From an uncultured virus (IMG/VR IMGVR_UViG_3300025098_000001) (lineage: Duplodnaviria; Heunggongvirae; Uroviricota; Caudoviricetes), in IMG/VR virus record IMGVR_UViG_3300025098_000001: a DNA stretch of 64,000 nt; one strand, written 5' to 3'. Below the pieces are notes generated by a model that worked only from the letters and a program-made list of their open reading frames with translations, made no database searches and was not told the origin of the DNA. Each line of letters begins with the position of its first letter. Within the stretch, counting starts at the first letter, position 1. Positions 57,564-64,000 of the stretch are shown here, piece by piece. The translations under genes and the position numbers were made by a program.

Positions 57564-57770
57564 ATGGTAAAAGTAACAATTTTAAATCAGACAGGACACA
57601 CAGAATTAGACCTATCAGCAGACGAAGCAATTCAGCAGATTTTGGACCACCCTACACATTGGGCTTACATTAATGGTGAATTGATTTCTCACGACGAGAT
57701 AGCAAATATGAACGCAGAAGATATTACAGATGTAGTGCTAACACAAGCAATTGTTGGAGGTTGCTACTAA
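57564..57770 (+). CDS. Ubiquitin-like (ThiS/MoaD/SAMP beta-grasp) protein ending VGG-CY
   Basis: 68 aa; MVKVTIL, YINGELI, DVVLTQAIVGG pattern; GGAGG SD. Confidence 0.7.
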   Translation: MVKVTILNQTGHTELDLSADEAIQQILDHPTHWAYINGELISHDEIANMNAEDITDVVLTQAIVGGCY

Positions 57771-57871
57771 ATTAGGTAATTTTCCTGTTGCCAACCCAAC
57801 TTGCGGGTATAGCAAGTCCAGTTTCGGGTCTGGTTAAAAACCCGGTTTTTTAATTTTAATGAGGAGTTATT

Positions 57872-58243
57872 ATGATAAATAAACCATGGAAGGCCGAATA
57901 CTGGCCGCAGATTGTAGAAGAACTAGAGAGACAGAATGAAATAAGTAAGGAAGATAGGAAATCTTATCAAAACCATATATATATTTATGATTATGCTAAT
58001 AATATTTATAAAATACTTGGTCGAAAAACCGATGACAGAAATAGTAAAAACGGTCGCTATTTTTATATCACTAAGGCTGAAACAATGGAAAAGATTTTAG
58101 ATAATTGGGTCCTACTTGGACCTAATACCCAAAGTAGTTTAAAAAGAGCAATGAAGGGGTATGAACCTAAATATCTACACAGGGTTATATATAAGAAAAG
58201 AAAGGAGGAATTCGATGCACTGGTCGCTAAGACTAATTCTTGA
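57872..58243 (+). CDS. Hypothetical protein
   Basis: GAGGAG SD; 123 aa. Confidence 0.65.
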   Translation: MINKPWKAEYWPQIVEELERQNEISKEDRKSYQNHIYIYDYANNIYKILGRKTDDRNSKNGRYFYITKAETMEKILDNWVLLGPNTQSSLKRAMKGYEPKYLHRVIYKKRKEEFDALVAKTNS

Positions 58244-58547
58244 TTTGCCCAAATCTATCGTGCTCTTTCGCAGAAATCACATTAGATTCGCAAAACTGCA
58301 AAAAATTGAGGATAAATATGGCTCAATTGCAGGATTTAAAGCCATGCTTGAAGACCCAGAATTATCTGTGGCCGAGGTAGAAATTTATATGGATTTATTA
58401 CCAGAAGTTATGGAAAATAGAGAACAATATTCTACTGAAGACATGGAATTTTTTCTCGGAAAAGGGGAAGAGTATGGAATCCTACGAAGAGTAGAAGAGC
58501 GTCATCCTGAACCCGACGATAGTTGGAGGAAGTGGGAAGAAGAATAA
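58215..58547 (+). CDS. Hypothetical protein
   Basis: GGAGG SD, ATG 58215. Confidence 0.6.
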   Translation: MHWSLRLILDLPKSIVLFRRNHIRFAKLQKIEDKYGSIAGFKAMLEDPELSVAEVEIYMDLLPEVMENREQYSTEDMEFFLGKGEEYGILRRVEERHPEPDDSWRKWEEE

Positions 58548-58554
58548 ACAAAAT

Positions 58555-58626
58555 GGGCATATGGTGTAATGGATAGCATTTTGGCCTTCTAAGCCGAAGA
58601 TACGGGTTCGATTCCTGTTATGCCCA
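58555..58626 (+). tRNA. tRNA-Arg(TCT)
   Basis: Acceptor GGGCATA/TATGCCC; anticodon arm TTGGC-CT TCT AA-GCCGA; T arm ACGGG-TTCGATT-CCTGT; no encoded CCA. Confidence 0.9.
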
Positions 58627-58644
58627 CCTATTCGAGATGATAAA

Positions 58645-58827
58645 ATGATGATGAAATGTATGAAATGCGATACTGTATTAATGTTTAAAATAACATTATT
58701 TGGATACAGAATGTGCAAATGTGGAAACTTAGAGATTGATAATACAATAAGTGAAGCATGGGCGCAACAGTGGGAGTTCATTGCCGCTAAAACCAATGAA
58801 CAAAAATTTTGGAGGAAAATAATATGA
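58645..58827 (+). CDS. Zn-ribbon microprotein
   Basis: CMKC...CKCG. Confidence 0.5.
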   Translation: MMMKCMKCDTVLMFKITLFGYRMCKCGNLEIDNTISEAWAQQWEFIAAKTNEQKFWRKII

Positions 58828-59120
58828 TGAAATATGAAAAATTTGTAAGTAAAGATAAGAAAAATATTCTGGAAGTTTTTGCAACCAGACTGGAATTGAA
58901 GAAACCGTGGGCAGATTGTGAAAAACAATTATGTGCTTGTTCAAAGCCCGATGCACCAGTTTTCCGTTATCAATGTGAAAATGGTAAAGGATGCGGTAAT
59001 TTTCAAAGAATGACATTTGGTTGTTATCAACTCTCTGTTGGTAAAGCACCTGTTAAGACTTGTATTAAAGGGTGCAATTGCTCTTGTCATGGAAAACCTG
59101 AAAAGGGAGAAGAAGAATAA
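58824..59120 (+). CDS. Cys-rich protein
   Basis: GGAGG SD; multiple Cys, C-terminal CNCSCH. Confidence 0.6.
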   Translation: MMKYEKFVSKDKKNILEVFATRLELKKPWADCEKQLCACSKPDAPVFRYQCENGKGCGNFQRMTFGCYQLSVGKAPVKTCIKGCNCSCHGKPEKGEEE

Positions 59121-59131
59121 TTAAAAATAAG

Positions 59132-59215
59132 GGCGGGGTTCCCAAGTAAGGTCAAAGGGGCCGGGCTTAAATTCCGGTGCGTATTGCTTCGTGGGTTCGA
59201 ATCCCACCCCCGCCA
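59132..59215 (+). tRNA. tRNA-Leu(TAA)
   Basis: Acceptor GGCGGGG/CCCCGCC; anticodon arm CCGGG-CT TAA AT-TCCGG; long variable arm; T arm GTGGG-TTCGAAT-CCCAC; no CCA. Confidence 0.9.
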
Positions 59216-59236
59216 CTTATTTTTGAGGTGATTAAT

Positions 59237-59554
59237 ATGAATAATAGAAGATTAAAATTACATGAAAGACCAGCACAGGCTGTTGGTAATAATAAACATA
59301 AAAAGTTTATCCAGCGAATTGCTGAGTATTTGTCTATGTCCGGAGGGCAAGCAAACACTCTCGATATTTATTACTGGTTAAACGATAATACTAAACACGG
59401 ATTGCAGATTAACGCACTCGTAAATGTATTATCAAAAGGTCCCTTTGAAATCATTGGAGAAGAATCAGCACTCAATGGTTTAGGGGTAAAAAGAATTGTC
59501 AAAATCTGGCAAGTAAAGGTTGATAAAGTAGAAGAAAGGAGTGAAAAAGCATGA
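59237..59554 (+). CDS. Winged HTH protein
   Basis: GAGGTGA SD, ATG 59237; IAEYL..GGQANTLDIY..LVNVL..KIWQV, similar architecture to 57015. Confidence 0.65.
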   Translation: MNNRRLKLHERPAQAVGNNKHKKFIQRIAEYLSMSGGQANTLDIYYWLNDNTKHGLQINALVNVLSKGPFEIIGEESALNGLGVKRIVKIWQVKVDKVEERSEKA

Positions 59555-61428
59555 ACAAAGAAACAGACATATTGAGCGACATTACAGTGCATATGAAGTA
59601 TGCCAAGTATCAAAAGGACAAATTGCGTAGAGAAACATGGGAAGAACTGTGTGAACGCAACATGAATATGCACATTCAGCATTACCCTCAACTTGAGGGA
59701 GATATACGAAAACTATATGATAACTATGTGCTAAAGAAGAAGGTTCTACCTTCAATGCGTAGCCTACAATTCGGTGGAAAGTCAATTGAAATTTCACCAA
59801 ATCGTATCTACAATTGTGCATATATGCCAGTGGATTCTTTGGAATGTTTTTCCGAAGCCATGTTCTTACTTCTTGGTGGAACTGGTGTGGGTTATTCAGT
59901 CCAAAGACACCATGTTGAAAAGTTGCCTGAGATTCGCAAGCCAAACCCTGATAAGAAACGCCGGTATTTAATTAGCGATTCTATTGAAGGTTGGGCGGAT
60001 GCAATTAAAATTCTTTTGAAGGCTTACATGGGGCAAAATCTAAGCACCCCTGTATTCGATTACTCGGATATTAGAGCAAAGGGTTCTTTGTTGATAACTT
60101 CGGGAGGTAAAGCCCCCGGACCTGCACCTTTGCGTGAATGTTTAGTAAAGGTTGAGAACCTTCTACTAAGTAAAACTGATGGGTATTCTCTTAGACCTAT
60201 CGAAGTTCACGACATGATGTGCCATATTGCAGACTCAGTTCTTGCAGGTGGTATTCGTCGAGCCGCACTAATTTCATTATTTAGTGCAGATGATATGGAT
60301 ATGATAACTTGTAAGTCTGGCAATTGGTGGGAACTAAACCCACAAAGAGGGCGAGCAAATAATTCAGCAGTTTTGATTAGAAATCGTGTAACAAAACCGT
60401 TCTTTTTAGAACTATGGAAAAGAATTCAAGAATCTGGTGCAGGAGAACCGGGGATTTATTTTAGTAATGACAAAGACTGGGGAACTAATCCCTGCTGTGA
60501 GATTGCTTTGCGACCTTATCAGTTCTGCAACCTTACAGAAATTAACGCTTCATCTATCGAAAGTGAATTAGATTTCTATGGGCGATGTGAAGCCGCCTCT
60601 TTATTAGGGACCTTACAAGCCGGGTATTCTGACTTTCATTATCTTAGAGAATGTTGGAGAAAGGCTACAGAAAAGGATGCACTTTTAGGAGTAAGTATGA
60701 CAGGAATTGCCTCAAATACTTACGAAAAACTTGGTGTAAATCCTTCAACTTTGTTGGAATATGGTAGTCAAATTGTGCGGAAAACAAATGAAATTTATGC
60801 CGAAAAGATAGGAATAAAACCTGCTTCAAGGTTAACCTGTATCAAACCTGCTGGAACTACTTCCTTAGTTTTAGGAACTTCGTCAGGCATTCACGCATGG
60901 CACGATGATTTTTACATTCGTCGTATTCGTGTTGGGAAGAATGAGGCAATATATTCTTATCTTGCTAATGAACACCCTCAACTTGTTGAAGACGAATACT
61001 TCTCGCCACATGATACGGCAGTAATTAGTATTCCTCAAAAAGCACCCGAAGGTTCTACTACTCGTAGTGAATCTGCTTTATCATTGTTGGAAAGAATCCG
61101 CTTGTTCTCAAGACTTTGGGTTCGTAACGGTCATGTTGATGGTATCAATACACATAATGTTTCAGCAACTGTTTCTCTTAGAGAAGGTGAATGGGATTTC
61201 GTAGGTGAATGGATGTGGAATAACCGTGAATATTATAATGGTCTTTCAGTTCTACCTTATGATGGTGGAACATATAAGCAAGCACCGTTTGAAACAATAA
61301 CAGAAGACCAATACAACTTTTTAGTGGCAACCTTGAATAAGGTAGACCTTACACAAATAACTGAACTTGAGGACAATACAGACCTTAAGGGAGAAATTGC
61401 TTGTGCTGGTGGAGTCTGTGAAATTTAA
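59551..61428 (+). CDS. nrdJ: Class II (adenosylcobalamin-dependent) ribonucleotide reductase
   Basis: PSMRSLQFGG, YNCAY, GTGVGYS, TNPCCEI, FCNL, KPAGT, C-terminal CAGGVC; no NrdB gene adjacent. Confidence 0.92.
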   Translation: MNKETDILSDITVHMKYAKYQKDKLRRETWEELCERNMNMHIQHYPQLEGDIRKLYDNYVLKKKVLPSMRSLQFGGKSIEISPNRIYNCAYMPVDSLECFSEAMFLLLGGTGVGYSVQRHHVEKLPEIRKPNPDKKRRYLISDSIEGWADAIKILLKAYMGQNLSTPVFDYSDIRAKGSLLITSGGKAPGPAPLRECLVKVENLLLSKTDGYSLRPIEVHDMMCHIADSVLAGGIRRAALISLFSADDMDMITCKSGNWWELNPQRGRANNSAVLIRNRVTKPFFLELWKRIQESGAGEPGIYFSNDKDWGTNPCCEIALRPYQFCNLTEINASSIESELDFYGRCEAASLLGTLQAGYSDFHYLRECWRKATEKDALLGVSMTGIASNTYEKLGVNPSTLLEYGSQIVRKTNEIYAEKIGIKPASRLTCIKPAGTTSLVLGTSSGIHAWHDDFYIRRIRVGKNEAIYSYLANEHPQLVEDEYFSPHDTAVISIPQKAPEGSTTRSESALSLLERIRLFSRLWVRNGHVDGINTHNVSATVSLREGEWDFVGEWMWNNREYYNGLSVLPYDGGTYKQAPFETITEDQYNFLVATLNKVDLTQITELEDNTDLKGEIACAGGVCEI

Positions 61429-61648
61429 GAAGAAATACGCACTGATACCAATTGATACTGTTATGGAGGATGGGGAACCTCGTAGCAATAAACAAATAAT
61501 ATCAGCAGTAATAGATTTGCCTACGCATGGCGGGCGAATACGAAGAGTAATACCTACTACTATGCAGGTAGCCATGTATTTAAAAAATAACCCAAAATAT
61601 GAATGTATAAATAATGGAGATGAAAAAATATGGATAATGAAAATATAA
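61418..61648 (+). CDS. Small wHTH-like protein
   Basis: Probable GTG at 61418 after GGTGGAG; MEDGEPRSNKQII..IPTTMQVAMYL. Confidence 0.55.
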   Translation: MKFKKKYALIPIDTVMEDGEPRSNKQIISAVIDLPTHGGRIRRVIPTTMQVAMYLKNNPKYECINNGDEKIWIMKI

Positions 61649-61830
61649 TTTTTAGAGTGACGAGTTTTAAATCGAATGGTTCGGTTTGGACTAAGACTTA
61701 TGAAGACGAAAATAAATTGCTTGAGGTTCTGCCGGTTTTGTATAACCAGTTTCCTCATGTAATGGTGAGTAAGCAAACATTGAAGAAGCCGCACTTGGAA
61801 TACTTGAAAGACTTGGGGGACAAACAATGA
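61630..61830 (+). CDS. Small hypothetical protein
   Basis: 66 aa; operon packing. Confidence 0.5.
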   Translation: MDNENIIFRVTSFKSNGSVWTKTYEDENKLLEVLPVLYNQFPHVMVSKQTLKKPHLEYLKDLGDKQ

Positions 61831-62069
61831 GAATCGAATTTCACATTGTAAATGATGAGGAACTACCGCCATTGACAATAGCGTATAGCGACGGACTTCA
61901 CCCTATTGTTTATCTAAATCAGCACCACCGACTATGGCTTGGGTTGATGAGAAATGCAATTCCGGGTGTTGCACAGCAATTACAGGAAAAACTTACAGAA
62001 CTGTGTGATGGGTTCTTGAGAGAACAGATTGCATTTATGGCTATGGAGGCCGAAATATATGACGAATGA
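61827..62069 (+). CDS. Small hypothetical protein
   Basis: 80 aa; ATGA overlap. Confidence 0.6.
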   Translation: MRIEFHIVNDEELPPLTIAYSDGLHPIVYLNQHHRLWLGLMRNAIPGVAQQLQEKLTELCDGFLREQIAFMAMEAEIYDE

Positions 62070-63363
62070 TTGGATAAAAAAAATTAAGGTTAAAGCAAAT
62101 CATAATGGACACACCATAGTTAATGTCTCTGTAACCAATAGACAGCGAAGACTGGTAAGTTTTTATTCTACCGTTTCAACACATACCGAATATCAAGGTT
62201 ATAGATATTATAGAAATCGTGCTAATAACGACCATCAGGTAAGAGAAGGATACGACCAAAGCGTAAATTATTTTGGTAAAATGTGCGTTAAAATTTTAAA
62301 CAATAGTTTTGCTAGACTTTCCAATAATGATAACACTAATTCTAAGCCTTTTGCTTTCTTTACCGAACACTGCACTGTAATTTTCCAGAAGTTTGATAAA
62401 AAATACTATATTAATGGAAACAAATGCACTAAGTCAAGGTTAAATGCTATAATACCAAGTATTATGATGAGAATGAATGTAGAAAAAAATAGTAAATCCT
62501 TTAAAAACTTCGTAGATATGATTGTAGATAGTGACCCTGTAATTTCAGCAGCAATTGTTAATAAAATTGAATACACCTTTTATGACAACACTTATACTAA
62601 AGTAGAAACACTTTTAAATATTGAAAAAACTGGTAAAGAATATTCGGCTATCGAATTATATGAAGGTGTTTGGGTAGAGTTTAAAGATACCCAGATGAAA
62701 TCTTTCATAAATGCTTGTAGGGGGAATAAAAATAAGTTCACAGGGGTAAGTCCCGAAGAACTGTATTATTTATCAAGAGGAGAATTTTTGAGTAAATCGG
62801 AAATCCAAGTTGTTTATGCTTTCTTGGAACAAAACCGTAAGTCTGCACTTGTTGAACAAAGAAGTTTGGAACTATTTAAAGACCTCACAGAAAGATTCAA
62901 GGGTAAAATATTTGAACGAGAAATGTTGGTTGAAGGAAATAAAAAGCAAAGTATGGGTGTTCGTGGAAAGCAGTTGGACTGGCTTGTTGTAGATAGAGGG
63001 TATAAAGCGGGTAGACAAGATGTTTCTACTTATGCTGTTATATCATTGGCAAATTACTCTCGCACAACAGATAGAAGCGGGTATAGTCCCAAAGATTCTA
63101 GTGTAGGTCTAAATACAGTTCATAATGAATCTGTATATTATAATAAGGGTGGAAATGAAAAATATGTTCTTTTAGGACCGATTTGTATAGACCAAGCCCA
63201 TACAGATATTTCTATCGGGGACCAATTTGCTGCTAGGTCTATGGCATTATTAAACGATATTCATAGTTTTAAACATGTTTCTACTCTTAGAAATTATGAT
63301 AGAATAAAACCCGAAATAAGAGTTGATTGGGATGCCTTGTCTATATTGTATGGGAAAGAATAA
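62059..63363 (+). CDS. Hypothetical protein with C-terminal ICI..GD..ALLND motif
   Basis: GGAGG SD, ATG 62059; GPICIDQ..GDQFAARSMALLND. Confidence 0.7.
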   Translation: MTNDWIKKIKVKANHNGHTIVNVSVTNRQRRLVSFYSTVSTHTEYQGYRYYRNRANNDHQVREGYDQSVNYFGKMCVKILNNSFARLSNNDNTNSKPFAFFTEHCTVIFQKFDKKYYINGNKCTKSRLNAIIPSIMMRMNVEKNSKSFKNFVDMIVDSDPVISAAIVNKIEYTFYDNTYTKVETLLNIEKTGKEYSAIELYEGVWVEFKDTQMKSFINACRGNKNKFTGVSPEELYYLSRGEFLSKSEIQVVYAFLEQNRKSALVEQRSLELFKDLTERFKGKIFEREMLVEGNKKQSMGVRGKQLDWLVVDRGYKAGRQDVSTYAVISLANYSRTTDRSGYSPKDSSVGLNTVHNESVYYNKGGNEKYVLLGPICIDQAHTDISIGDQFAARSMALLNDIHSFKHVSTLRNYDRIKPEIRVDWDALSILYGKE

Positions 63364-63934
63364 ATTCAATAAAGAGATAAACCTTTATGTCTGTGAAGAT
63401 TGTAGACTAATTAATGTTTCGAGAATTATGGAGGTAAAAGGACCTGTAAAGGTTGATAGAACCTTAGTAGAATTATCTCTACTATGTAGTGAATTTGGGA
63501 TAGAAAAAACAGAAGAATTAAAAAAAATGTTTCGCTCATCGTATGTTTCCCTTCTCAGGGGTAATTATACTATGTCGGAACTTGCCGTTGCCGTCGTGTT
63601 TCTAAATAATAAATGGCTCAACTTGTCAAGGTTGGGCCGATTCATGGGGATTAAAACGCGAAGGGCTAAGACGGTAGTATCAAGATTGCAGGAAGTTTTT
63701 CATATAGATTTAGTTTATTCTATTGAGGAAGCGCATGATTTCTGCGATACACAAAACATCAATGCGAAGGAAAAAATTACGAATGTATCTAAAGACATGG
63801 AACTTACGAAAGAAGTTCTAATGTCTTGTATATATTTGGCTACCGACTTGTCATACGGTAAGGTAGCAAGAATGTTTCATGTAAGTGAAAATACCGTATG
63901 GCGACATGTAAAAAAATTGGAGGAATATGAATGA
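63332..63934 (+). CDS. tfb: Transcription factor B (TFB/TFIIB)-like protein
   Basis: Zn ribbon CLYC..YVCEDC; cyclin-like repeat 1 (LLRG..LAVAVVFL) and repeat 2 (SCIYLA..VARMFHVSENTVWRHVKKL, HTH). Confidence 0.7.
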   Translation: MPCLYCMGKNKFNKEINLYVCEDCRLINVSRIMEVKGPVKVDRTLVELSLLCSEFGIEKTEELKKMFRSSYVSLLRGNYTMSELAVAVVFLNNKWLNLSRLGRFMGIKTRRAKTVVSRLQEVFHIDLVYSIEEAHDFCDTQNINAKEKITNVSKDMELTKEVLMSCIYLATDLSYGKVARMFHVSENTVWRHVKKLEEYE

Positions 63935-64000
63935 AAAAAACAGTCAAAGATATGAAATGTGGGTATTGTGGTGTCATTGGACATACCGCAAGAACCTGTG
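63931..64000 (+). CDS. Zinc-knuckle protein, partial
   Basis: MKKTVKDMKCGYCGVIGHTARTC (CCHC); runs off the right edge. Confidence 0.55.
   Translation, partial: MKKTVKDMKCGYCGVIGHTARTC

Noticed and set aside
59167..59358. Track ORFs overlapping tRNA-Leu (59167-59358 minus; 59177 start)
   Set aside because: They overlap a well-formed tRNA; the real gene starts at 59237 after a GAGGTGA SD
62059..62090. MTNDWIKKIK as a W-leader on an early gene
   Set aside because: Lacks the acidic/polar-I-L pattern (Lys at the Ile position); probably chance

Overview
The window is a 64-kb piece of an AT-rich tailed archaeal virus genome with an HK97-type capsid. It is most similar by recollection to Marine Group II/Poseidoniales 'magroviruses'; this was not checked by a search. 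Archaeal indicators are GGTGA/GAGGTG Shine-Dalgarno sites, TATA-like promoters, CCA-less tRNAs and a TFB-like gene. Positions 1-50.5 kb are a minus-strand morphogenesis block: putative terS, terL, a LAGLIDADG protein, portal, ATP-dependent DNA ligase, protease-scaffold, MCP, head-tail adaptor, tail tube, a frameshifted tail chaperone, tape measure, distal tail proteins and a >1470-aa tail protein running off the left edge. Positions 50.5-54.6 kb are a strand-switch control region with nine ACCATATGGT palindromes, four matching 36-bp promoter-like elements, UUCG hairpins and an iteron-like candidate origin. Positions 54.6-64 kb are plus-strand early/middle genes: pyrimidine-dimer glycosylase, a ubiquitin-like protein, two tRNAs, class II RNR, a TFB-like protein and many Zn-finger/wHTH microproteins. 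The main observation is that 19 mostly unrelated late-strand ORFs begin with a shared M-(x)-W-x-[DEN]-I-L-K peptide conserved at the protein level. A related M-x-W-x-[DE] motif ends the capsid scaffold, suggesting a capsid-targeting/cargo-loading signal for injected internal proteins. All functional calls come from motif reading only.
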